Shown piece by piece: positions 40,737-49,639 of a stretch of 64,000 bases of DNA (its first letter is position 1; each line of letters starts with the position of its first letter). Both the position numbers and the translations under genes were made by a program. The DNA is from Candidatus Dadabacteria bacterium. Lineage in GTDB: Bacteria; Desulfobacterota_D; UBA1144; Nemesobacterales; CSP1-2. Under the pieces are notes generated by a model. It was not told the origin of the DNA. It worked only from the letters and a program-made list of their open reading frames with translations, and did no database searches. Location of the stretch: the NCBI GenBank assembly GCA_963805855.1, contig CAWDVW010000007.1, forward strand, positions 663,605 to 727,604. Direction: 5' to 3'.

Positions 40737-42257
40737 CTATCTTATTCTATTTAAGGTGATATCTCCAGTAATACGCTTTGGTTCAGAAATGACCCTATCC
40801 CCCACCCGCTCAGCAATTCTCCTTAACATGCCATTGAAAATTAGATTGTGAAATGGCTTTACAGCGTACCAGTAGATAATCCCCAGTAGACCACTTGGTA
40901 TAAAACGAGCTATCTGGTGCAATTCTGAATGCTTGTCATCAGTCGGACTAATATAAAAATCCAAAATCGCCGAACCCGGGAGTTTCATCTCAGCCTTAAG
41001 CAGAAGTCGCTTGTTCGGTTCGACTAAATGAATATTCCAAAAATCGATATAATCTCCAGGGGTCAGTTTATTCGGATCGGTCCTTCCGGGTCTCATACCT
41101 ACTCCACCAACGATTAGATCTAATAATCCTCTTAATTTCCAGAGCCAGTTGGCGTAATACCATCCATTTTTACCTCCGATCCCGAGTAACGGCTTCCAAA
41201 TCCTATCGGGGGTTGATTCTAACACAACAGCTCTATGATCTTCAAAAATCTTTCCACCAGCCCACTTTGGATCCCCATCGAAACTCCACTCTACATGTTT
41301 CAACATTGTATATAGATCATTATGATTTTCCCCTATCAAATTATGTTGTGACTGGTCTAGCGCCAAACTCATTGCCTCACGACAATCCAAAAGGTCTTGA
41401 GGGATAATGTCCCTAATGCGGTTATCCTCACAAATAACTTTATTACTCAGCCCCTCTGCAAGAGGACGTCCCAGAGAAGCAGGAACCGGGGTGACTAGAT
41501 GGATCCAATACGAGCTGAGTTTGGGAGTAAGCACTGGTACGGGAATAACAAACCTTTTCCCCAACCGTGCTTCATGAGCATATATATCCATCAGATCACG
41601 GTAGGTTAATATCTCCGCTCCCCCGATATCGTAAGTCTCTCCGACCGTCTCAGGTTTTTTTAGGCAGCCAACGAGGTATGTGATAACATTCCTTATTGCA
41701 ATGGGTTGACACTGGGTATGAACCCATTTTGGAGTTACCATCACCGGCAAACGTTCTACCAGATAACGTAAAATCTCAAAAGAGGCGCTGCCAGAGCCTA
41801 TGATCATAGCTGCCCTCAGAATGGTTACCGGCACACTACCCGACTCGAGAATGTTCCCAACCTCTTCGCGTGATTTCAGATGTTTACTCAAGTGCGGACT
41901 TTCCTCTCCCAATCCCCCTAGATAAATGATTCTCTCCACGCCGCTCTGCTCCGCAGCCCAAACCATATTCGATGCCGCCTGTCTATCCGTATCCATAAAA
42001 TTTTTCTGATTGGGACTCATGGAGTGCAGAAGATAATACACGTACCTGCAACCTTCACACGACTTTTTTAAATCTCCTCTATCAAGGGCATCGACTTCAC
42101 AAATATCAACCGATTCGTGACCGGACCAGGGCCTTTTTAGCATATTCTCTTTTGTTCTGCCTGCTGAACGGACTAAATATCCGTCTTCGATTAAAAAAGG
42201 CACAAGCCTTGCCCCTACATACCCTGACGCCCCGATTACTAGCACTCTTTCACCCAT
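40737..42257 (-). CDS. Atypical SDR oxidoreductase with DUF2867-like C-terminus (YbjT-like)
   Basis: GASGYVG, YYLLHSM, GSGSASFE, IGGKNGWY and AEMKLPG. Confidence 0.85.
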   Translation of the reverse strand: MGERVLVIGASGYVGARLVPFLIEDGYLVRSAGRTKENMLKRPWSGHESVDICEVDALDRGDLKKSCEGCRYVYYLLHSMSPNQKNFMDTDRQAASNMVWAAEQSGVERIIYLGGLGEESPHLSKHLKSREEVGNILESGSVPVTILRAAMIIGSGSASFEILRYLVERLPVMVTPKWVHTQCQPIAIRNVITYLVGCLKKPETVGETYDIGGAEILTYRDLMDIYAHEARLGKRFVIPVPVLTPKLSSYWIHLVTPVPASLGRPLAEGLSNKVICEDNRIRDIIPQDLLDCREAMSLALDQSQHNLIGENHNDLYTMLKHVEWSFDGDPKWAGGKIFEDHRAVVLESTPDRIWKPLLGIGGKNGWYYANWLWKLRGLLDLIVGGVGMRPGRTDPNKLTPGDYIDFWNIHLVEPNKRLLLKAEMKLPGSAILDFYISPTDDKHSELHQIARFIPSGLLGIIYWYAVKPFHNLIFNGMLRRIAERVGDRVISEPKRITGDITLNRIR

Positions 42258-43173
42258 GAGACATCTCTCTCCTTGAACTACCTGTACTAAATCGTCCATC
42301 ACTCAAGGCAATTTTTACGGCTTCTATCGCGCTCTTTTCCTTATCTTTTATTTCAAGCATTACATCAAAATCAAAAGATCGTGTCCGTATGACAAATTTT
42401 CTGAATTTTTCGATATCGATCGATCTGGCATGTGTACCTATTCTTTGACCATCTTCCTGACTGCTATAATCGACCATAGGTATCCCGTCATTCAATCTCC
42501 ATGTTCTTGCAAAGAGTTTAAATGCCTCCTCAAGTGTTTCTCCAGAGTTAAATAATTCATGATGAAAAACATCAAAAAGTATCGGAATCCCAGTTTCTTT
42601 GAATATACAAAGGCAATCCCTCAAAGAGTATGACCTGTCGTCATTCTCAATTACCAACCGATTACGAATTCTCGCGTCTAGCTTCTCATATCTCCTTATA
42701 AATCTCGCCATGCTCTTGTTCTTATCGCCGTAGACACCACCTATATGAATTTGTACCTTCGAAGAGAAGTCCAGACCCATGCAGTCCAAAACCTTGGAAT
42801 GATATAGAAGTTCAGACACGCTCCTTTCATGTATCTTGCTATCAGGCGAGTTTATAAGCGTAAATTGATCGGGGTGCATGGAAATACGGATTTCATTTTG
42901 TCTGATAAGGTTCCCTAGATATTTAAACTCATCTGCAAAATGCCTTTCCCATTTAAAATCGCAAACCGGATGAGAAGCAAACGGGATAAGGTCAGAGGAA
43001 ATCCTGAAAAAATACAGATCATGTTTTACATTGAATTTAAGTATCTCTATCAGACATCTAAGATTATTTTCAACCGTCTCGATAATCTTTTTCTCAGAAT
43101 AAGATCTGATCCTGAAGGTTTTATTCCCCTGACAGTTAACGGTTCGGTTAATACAAGGATATCCTATCTTCAC
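42250..43173 (-). CDS. uvsE: UV DNA damage endonuclease
   Basis: IGYPC, FRISSDL, SMHPDQF, IHIGG, LVIENDD, FDVFHH and MLEIKDKE. Confidence 0.95.
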   Translation of the reverse strand: MKIGYPCINRTVNCQGNKTFRIRSYSEKKIIETVENNLRCLIEILKFNVKHDLYFFRISSDLIPFASHPVCDFKWERHFADEFKYLGNLIRQNEIRISMHPDQFTLINSPDSKIHERSVSELLYHSKVLDCMGLDFSSKVQIHIGGVYGDKNKSMARFIRRYEKLDARIRNRLVIENDDRSYSLRDCLCIFKETGIPILFDVFHHELFNSGETLEEAFKLFARTWRLNDGIPMVDYSSQEDGQRIGTHARSIDIEKFRKFVIRTRSFDFDVMLEIKDKEKSAIEAVKIALSDGRFSTGSSRREMSHG

Positions 43174-44142
43174 TTATAAATCTCTTCCCTTTCCAGAATC
43201 TGAAATCTCCATTAATTCCCTTGGATATGGCTCAAAGATTGTTTGCTGCTCCAGATATTTTTGTTCATATCTGATAATCCAGGCTTTAAGAACGACCAGA
43301 ATCGCGCTTATCGGGATCTTTTCACTTCTGAAATCTTCCAGGAGATCTAAAAAATAGGCCTTTTCTTTCGAAGTTAATCTGTCGGAAAAAAACCCAAGGG
43401 AGTGCATGAGAACGTTTATATAAGATGTTTTCCTTGGAGGATTCATAAACGCATTAATAAGATGTTCCTCATAATGAGCTATAGTCTGTTGAAGTCTTGC
43501 CTGTTTTTGATTGGCAACTATTCTGCCGAGTATCCTCATCTCCTTCTGATTGTATGCCATCAGCAAGAACTTATTTCTTGAGTGAAAGGAAATCAGTTCA
43601 TTGATCGATTTCGCCTTTTTCACATTTCTAAAGCTTGCCAATGAGTAGAGCTTGGTTAGAAAATGATCCCTTATCTTGAAATTCTTTAACCTGCCCTCAT
43701 CCTCTATAGCCAACCCTGGGAAATGTTCTAGCACCTTACCGGCAAAAAATCCCTTAGTCTTCCCGATAGCCGCGCCATCTTCGGAATTGGCAAATAACTT
43801 GACATCCTTTATCCCGCAAGAAGGAGATCGACTCTTTAATATAAATCCATCCACGTCTTTTAGTGATTTCAGGTAGTTATTGGCAAAACCTAACATTTTT
43901 GATGAGATATCCCTGCCGGTTGCTGGCTGAAGAAGCCTCGTGTCCTTATCTTGGGATATCACCCTTATCGGGTCTCGAGGAACCCCGAGTCCTATCTCAA
44001 CCTCAGGACAAACAGGTTTGAAATTAATATAAGGTTCAATTTTCTTGACAAAGGTATCCGGAATCACCTGTGCATTGTACCTGCATGCTTCAAACTCGAG
44101 GCATTTGCTCAGCACCACGATTGGTTTGGGGAATTTTGACAT
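43174..44142 (-). CDS. DUF523/DUF1722 protein (YbgA/RudS-like Fe-S thiouridine desulfidase)
   Basis: SKCL...CRYN, VCPEVEIGLGVPR, KSRSPSCG, EDEGRL and FHSRNKFLLMA. Confidence 0.85.
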   Translation of the reverse strand: MSKFPKPIVVLSKCLEFEACRYNAQVIPDTFVKKIEPYINFKPVCPEVEIGLGVPRDPIRVISQDKDTRLLQPATGRDISSKMLGFANNYLKSLKDVDGFILKSRSPSCGIKDVKLFANSEDGAAIGKTKGFFAGKVLEHFPGLAIEDEGRLKNFKIRDHFLTKLYSLASFRNVKKAKSINELISFHSRNKFLLMAYNQKEMRILGRIVANQKQARLQQTIAHYEEHLINAFMNPPRKTSYINVLMHSLGFFSDRLTSKEKAYFLDLLEDFRSEKIPISAILVVLKAWIIRYEQKYLEQQTIFEPYPRELMEISDSGKGRDL

Positions 44143-44231
44143 TGAAATCAGTCTACATTTGAGCTGGCACTTAGAAATCTAATTACGACTTTCAGTTCTA
44201 AGTGTAACTAATTTTCGATTTTTGTCATTAC

Positions 44232-44581
44232 TGTAGATATTAGATATTTCGTGGGCAAAATCCCAAAAAAAAATAAATTTCCTGAAAATTTGCTTATCCG
44301 TCATCCTCGAATGTCTTTATCGGGGATCCATCGTTTAATTTTTTATTTTCTTTGTCTTGATACAAAGAAACAAAAATCAAGGGCTAACAAAAAACGCTTG
44401 CGTATCGAGCGAATGCGAGATATCTATTGCTATAATTAATTAGTTCTCTCAGTCACTTTGCTCCTTCGAGATGACAGTAATGATTGTCATTTTTTTTAAC
44501 GCTTCCGGAATTGATTTTGGCAATTTTTTGAATGCCCATTTAAAATCTAAGATACTGTCCCCGAATTATGTAACATCTACA
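44232..44581 (+). mobile_element. Non-autonomous MITE, copy A (350 bp)
   Basis: TGT...ACA termini; imperfect 25-bp TIRs; degenerate 5-bp TSD (ATTAC / ATTTGC); near-identical to the inverted copy at 52731-53119. Confidence 0.85.
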
Positions 44582-44756
44582 ATTTGCGAGCACCTCGATA
44601 ATTTTATCCTGAGCACAGTAGAAGGGGTCGGTACAGGGTCACACGTTGAGATGGCCTTCATTTTCATAACTAACATATGCCTGCGATACCACAAACAATA
44701 CTGCCAAGTAAAACCCACATTGGAATTAATAATAAATATGTTATATCTAACATACT

Positions 44757-45536
44757 ATGGCGAAAAGCATAATGCTTATTTATGAACCTCTATCTGCCAT
44801 CAAAGCGGATAAAGCCTACTGGGAGTCCTATATCTCCTTCTACGAGAAATTCTGGGATCACCCGTCCTCTCCGAGGTCTATATGGTCTGGAACGGAGTAT
44901 GAAGAATTTAAAACTGCGCTATCCAGATTCCTGGATATTGAAATAGATAAGATAGAGAACTGCTTTTTCTTTAAAGACGAAAATGGACGATATTACGTAT
45001 CCCCACTGGGTTCCGAGCATTTGAACGCTCTGGTTATAGAGAACGCCATCCCTGAGTCGTGGTTTGTCCCCTTCGATGAATCGGAAAGAAACTTCTTTTA
45101 CACGCATACAGGTTTCGGGGCGATTACGATGGATGGTATTTATTACAAAACAAGGCTCAGTTCTGGCTTGGAAAGAATAAAAAAAGCCTATAGGATAATT
45201 GGGAATCTGGAAGAGAGAATTAGATCATCAGATTTAAGACTGCCATTCTCGCGACTCCTCTCCCAGATTCATGGAGAAATTAAGGATCTAGAGGTGTGGC
45301 TTTCAGGATTTGATAGAGATTCTTTCGTTATTCTCAACTACGGCGATATATGCTCACACATACACCCTCAAACGTTTAAAAATGAGAATACGGCTATGGA
45401 GATATGGGAATTTCTCTCGTTGGTAGAGTCAGAAAAATTTGAAGAAGCTGACTTAAAGATCAGGTTAGTCCAGCAAAAATGGAAAGAAATTAGAGATAGG
45501 ACCTCCGGGAAGATCGAGAAATCCAGACTCCAATAA
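44757..45536 (+). CDS. Hypothetical protein
   Basis: 259-aa ORF with typical composition; no recognised motif. Confidence 0.65.
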   Translation: MAKSIMLIYEPLSAIKADKAYWESYISFYEKFWDHPSSPRSIWSGTEYEEFKTALSRFLDIEIDKIENCFFFKDENGRYYVSPLGSEHLNALVIENAIPESWFVPFDESERNFFYTHTGFGAITMDGIYYKTRLSSGLERIKKAYRIIGNLEERIRSSDLRLPFSRLLSQIHGEIKDLEVWLSGFDRDSFVILNYGDICSHIHPQTFKNENTAMEIWEFLSLVESEKFEEADLKIRLVQQKWKEIRDRTSGKIEKSRLQ

Positions 45537-45707
45537 ATAACATATCCTGACTCAGAATGTTGAAAAAATTCAGGAATAATCAAGATGATAATGACTTGGG
45601 TTACGCTTTCATCAAAGGAGTAAAACGATTTTAGACTTGTCCAAATTTTACACCTATAAGAATAGATCTAACAACTATGAACAAATTTTGGAGGGAGATT
45701 AAAACCC

Positions 45708-46493
45708 ATGAATGTAATGCAACTCCTTGATCTTAAGGACCGGATAGCCATAGTTACAGGAGGGTACACAGGAATAGGAAGGCAGATGGCAGACGGACTT
45801 GCAGAAGCCGGGGCAAGCGTTGTCATCTGCGCAAGGAATTTAGATGGGTGTATGAAGGCTGCGGATGAAATAGGTAAACAAACAGGAGTTGAAACCCTCG
45901 CGTTGAAGTGCGATGTTTCAAGCCCCGAAGACGTTAAAAGTATGCTGAGAGCAGTTCTCGATAAATTTAGTAAGGTTGACATACTGGTTAATAACGCCGG
46001 GATTGCAACAGGTGGACTCCCCGAGGATACCAGCGTGGAAGATTGGGAGAGCGTGATCAGGATAAATCTAACCGGCACCTTTCTCTGCTCGAAGGAAATA
46101 GGAAAGGTCATGATTAAAGCAAAACGGGGAAAAATTATCAATCTTTCTTCGGTCATGGGCTATCGGAGTACAGAGATAGTGAGTGCACCTGCATATGTAA
46201 CGACCAAGGGCGCTGTGATCTCCTTTACCCAGGAACTCGCCGTAACATGGATTCGCCACAATATAAACGTAAATGCTATAGCGCCCGGATGGTTTCCGAC
46301 ACAGATGACAGACCCTGTCATTAGCCCGGATAAGATGGGAAAGGGAGAGGAGTTACTCCGCTCTATTCCTGCAAGGAGATTCGGAGGAGAAGATGACCTT
46401 AAAGGAGCTACCGTATTACTCGCGTCTTCCGCGTCAGACTATATAGTGGGGCAGGTAATAGTCGTAGATGGTGGCACGCTCGCTAGGTATTGA
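45708..46493 (+). CDS. Classical SDR oxidoreductase (gluconate 5-dehydrogenase-like)
   Basis: TGGYTGIG, NNAG, YVTTK and NAIAPG. Confidence 0.92.
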   Translation: MNVMQLLDLKDRIAIVTGGYTGIGRQMADGLAEAGASVVICARNLDGCMKAADEIGKQTGVETLALKCDVSSPEDVKSMLRAVLDKFSKVDILVNNAGIATGGLPEDTSVEDWESVIRINLTGTFLCSKEIGKVMIKAKRGKIINLSSVMGYRSTEIVSAPAYVTTKGAVISFTQELAVTWIRHNINVNAIAPGWFPTQMTDPVISPDKMGKGEELLRSIPARRFGGEDDLKGATVLLASSASDYIVGQVIVVDGGTLARY

Positions 46494-46717
46494 GAAATCT
46501 CATTGACAGAAATGATGCGGGTTGTTTCTCTAATATTCAACAACATCGCAGGGTCAGGACTAAAGATTATACCGATCTTATAATGCCATTAACCTCAATT
46601 CTCTAATATTCTGTTTTCCCTGTTCCGTCCCTACTTTGATATAAGGTCAAAGGCTGATTCCGAGCTCTCATCTTTCACTTATTGGTAATAATAATTGACA
46701 AACCTAGTCATAACCCC

Positions 46718-47089
46718 CTATGCCCTTGTTTTTATCCTAACCAGCTCAGCGTTTAAGTCCCGGATTCGGTGGGACATGGTTTGCACAATATGGTAAGCAA
46801 GCGACGGGTCCTCCTGGATCCTCCGCAGGAAGTTTTTCTTTTCCACAGTTAGCACCCGTACTTCGCCTATGGCACGCACAGTGGCAGAGCGAACCTCACG
46901 CTCGAAGATAGCCATCTCACCAAAAAAATCACCCTCATTTAAAACCGCCAGTCGCACCTCCTTGTTTTCCTTACCTTGAAGTACCTCGACCTGTCCCGCC
47001 TGGACTACATACATGCAATCCCCCGTATCACCTTCGCGGACTATGGCTTCGCCATCGTGATACAATTTACCCAAGGCACCTGATTCCAT
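46718..47089 (-). CDS. Stand-alone cyclic-nucleotide-binding domain protein
   Basis: REGDTGD.MYVV..G.V and the FFGEMA...RSATVRA phosphate-binding cassette; no HTH. Confidence 0.9.
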   Translation of the reverse strand: MESGALGKLYHDGEAIVREGDTGDCMYVVQAGQVEVLQGKENKEVRLAVLNEGDFFGEMAIFEREVRSATVRAIGEVRVLTVEKKNFLRRIQEDPSLAYHIVQTMSHRIRDLNAELVRIKTRA

Positions 47090-47107
47090 AACATCTTCTC
47101 CTCATTG

Positions 47108-48502
47108 TCATTTCTCCTTAAATGGTATTACTGAAATAGCCATGTCCCAGAGAAAACGACTCAGAAAGAAGGGATGAAGGGTGCGGACTAAGATTTCCCG
47201 ATAGGGTGCGCTTCCCGTGAACGTGTCCCACAACACGGTGCTCATGCGTCGGACGCGACCCTCTTTCTGTTGTTCGCTGGATACCATACGCAAAACGGCG
47301 CGTCGAGCAAACCGCCGCTTCTGAATCTGGCGAGTAACAGCAAAGACCATCTTCCCGATCAGGTTATCGGCACTTATAGCCTGGCAGGTCGGCCTGTAGT
47401 ACCGTTTAAAATCGTTGATAGATATGCCGTGAAAGATAGCGGTCGTGGCGGCAGCCTTAGCGGTGCGGTAGGCAGCCCCAATCCCATCCTTATACAATCT
47501 GGTTACTCCGCTATCGCCAATAAACACGATTCGATCGGCATAAGGATTCTCGGCACCGCGGACGCTTATGTAAGGCGCACATTGACAAGAGCCCTGCGCC
47601 AAGTTCATGTTCGAAGGGAGACACTGCTTCACTTCAGGGGTATCCAGAATCGATTGTATCAGAGATGAATCTATATCCTCCCCCAAAATACACAGTGACA
47701 CATAGTCACCCTTTGGCACGAGCGCCGCAAATTCTAGCCGAGGTATGTTAAGCAAAAAGACATGCATAGAGCTACCAACATATTTCGCTACCGTTTCTTC
47801 TCCCATGTAAAATTCACGGATAAAGGTCTTTGTAGTACGAGGAACCTGGTAGTTCAGTCCTAACCCTTGGAAGAGCTTTAGAGTGCCTGAGTTCACCCCC
47901 ACAGCAACCGCCAGCAAGTCGTACGCCTGAGCCGTACCCTCCCGTGTCTTGACTTGGGGCTTCCCATCCTGCAAATTGACATCGACTACCCGGCCATGTA
48001 TCAGATGTGCCCCCGTCTCAATGGCCAGATTTTGCAAATAGCCATCGAAGCTACCCCACTTAATCTCCTTTACGTCCCGGGGACCAGAGCCGCGGTATAC
48101 CGCGCCGATCCTCTTCTCTTGAAGTGGCGTATCGATGCGAACCTTGCCGACATCGGTGTGCAGCACATAGGAGTCAATCCCCCTTTGTATTACCGTAGGT
48201 GGCAGAACGATCCCTTCAACCGCCAGATTTTGCATTAGACTCTCCGATATAATCCCTCCGCACATGTTGCATCCCGTCGGACCCGGAATGGAAAAGTCGC
48301 GGGAATCGTAGATATCTACATGGATATCCATGTCGACCATTTTTGCAATCTTCAGAAGAAAATAGCTAAAAAATGACCCTGCTGGCCCACTACCAATCAC
48401 CGCAATGCGCGACCCATCTTCCAACTTAAGATTTGAACGCGCTTCTTCTGACCATGGTGCAAGGTCATCTTCGAGAGATCGTCTCTCTTTAAGCGTTATC
48501 AT
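47108..48502 (-). CDS. FAD-dependent oxidoreductase (geranylgeranyl reductase-like fold)
   Basis: IAVIGSGPAG, CNMCGG and FIGDSG...DGIG; GGAGGGAG RBS before ATG 48502. Confidence 0.75.
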   Translation of the reverse strand: MITLKERRSLEDDLAPWSEEARSNLKLEDGSRIAVIGSGPAGSFFSYFLLKIAKMVDMDIHVDIYDSRDFSIPGPTGCNMCGGIISESLMQNLAVEGIVLPPTVIQRGIDSYVLHTDVGKVRIDTPLQEKRIGAVYRGSGPRDVKEIKWGSFDGYLQNLAIETGAHLIHGRVVDVNLQDGKPQVKTREGTAQAYDLLAVAVGVNSGTLKLFQGLGLNYQVPRTTKTFIREFYMGEETVAKYVGSSMHVFLLNIPRLEFAALVPKGDYVSLCILGEDIDSSLIQSILDTPEVKQCLPSNMNLAQGSCQCAPYISVRGAENPYADRIVFIGDSGVTRLYKDGIGAAYRTAKAAATTAIFHGISINDFKRYYRPTCQAISADNLIGKMVFAVTRQIQKRRFARRAVLRMVSSEQQKEGRVRRMSTVLWDTFTGSAPYREILVRTLHPFFLSRFLWDMAISVIPFKEK

Positions 48503-48896
48503 CTCGACTCCCTCCACCCTGTTTAGGTAAGCTGGCACGAACACCAATCACAAATGCGCAATAGCTAGCATTTAGCGTCGAAAAAACTCTACGTCTAATC
48601 TATTTATACATACAACAATCTGTCTTGTCAACGACGACGTCCTCCAAAATATGGGCTCAAGCTTGATAACGAGTAGATAGCGTAAATAGAAAAAGTTCCC
48701 TCGTCATATAAGAAAAAATTGATGATCCGGTTTCTGGAGTTGATGAAGGACGCCGTATTCCTTAAAGGGTTCTATAACTTTTTGATAGATGGGTCCATAA
48801 TTGGGTATAATTGTATAGGTAGCAAGTTTGCAAAATTGGTTTTTAAATGAAACTCTCATCTTACCATAACCAGATAAATAAGGGGGTAATAATGGC

Positions 48897-49475
48897 ATGG
48901 CAAAAAAAATATTAATGATCGTTGGTGATTATGTAGAGGACTACGAGGTAATGGTTCCTTTTCAGGCGCTATTAATGGTGGGACATACAGTCCATGCAGT
49001 TTGCCCTGATAAAAAGGCTGGCGAAACGGTTCGGACAGCAGTTCATGATTTTGAAGGGGACCAAACATATAGCGAGAAGCCAGGCCATAACTTTACACTC
49101 AATGCAACGTTCTCAGAAGTGAGACCGGAGGACTACAATGCACTGGTCATTCCTGGCGGGCGTGCACCGGAGTATATCCGTCTAAATGAGGATGTATTAA
49201 AATATGTTCGCCACTTCGCTGAAACAAATAAGCCCATTGCAGCAATATGCCATGGAGCGCAGGTCCTGGCGGCTGCTGGGATACTCTCAGGTAAGAGCTG
49301 CTCTGCTTATCCGGCAGTGGCACCCGACGTTAAAAATGCGGGTGGCGAATTTGTAGATATACCGGTAGACAAGGCTCATGTAGATGGCAACCTCGTTACA
49401 GCGCCAGCCTGGCCCGCACACCCTGACTGGCTCGCAAAGTTCCTCAAAGTATTGGAGACAAAGATAGAGCCTTAG
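48897..49475 (+). CDS. DJ-1/PfpI family protein (glyoxalase III-like)
   Basis: [18 protein letters not shown] and LVTAPAWP. Confidence 0.93.
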   Translation: MAKKILMIVGDYVEDYEVMVPFQALLMVGHTVHAVCPDKKAGETVRTAVHDFEGDQTYSEKPGHNFTLNATFSEVRPEDYNALVIPGGRAPEYIRLNEDVLKYVRHFAETNKPIAAICHGAQVLAAAGILSGKSCSAYPAVAPDVKNAGGEFVDIPVDKAHVDGNLVTAPAWPAHPDWLAKFLKVLETKIEP

Positions 49476-49639
49476 GAAAAGATAAAGCTGCCACTCGTAA
49501 ATATTAACTAGTCATATCTGAACTCTTGGCATCTATATAAAAGGGACCATCTTTAATTGATCTTCACCCGTATATTGAAGACGTAAAATAATACTATTGG
49601 TTTTTTCATCATACAGGACTAGAAACGATTTCCATTCTT

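Noticed and set aside
44251-44785. ORFs 44251-44439 and 44471-44785, and the similar ORF 52632-52841
   Set aside because: They are translations of MITE/REP DNA; the shared peptide reflects the repeat and has no transposase motifs.
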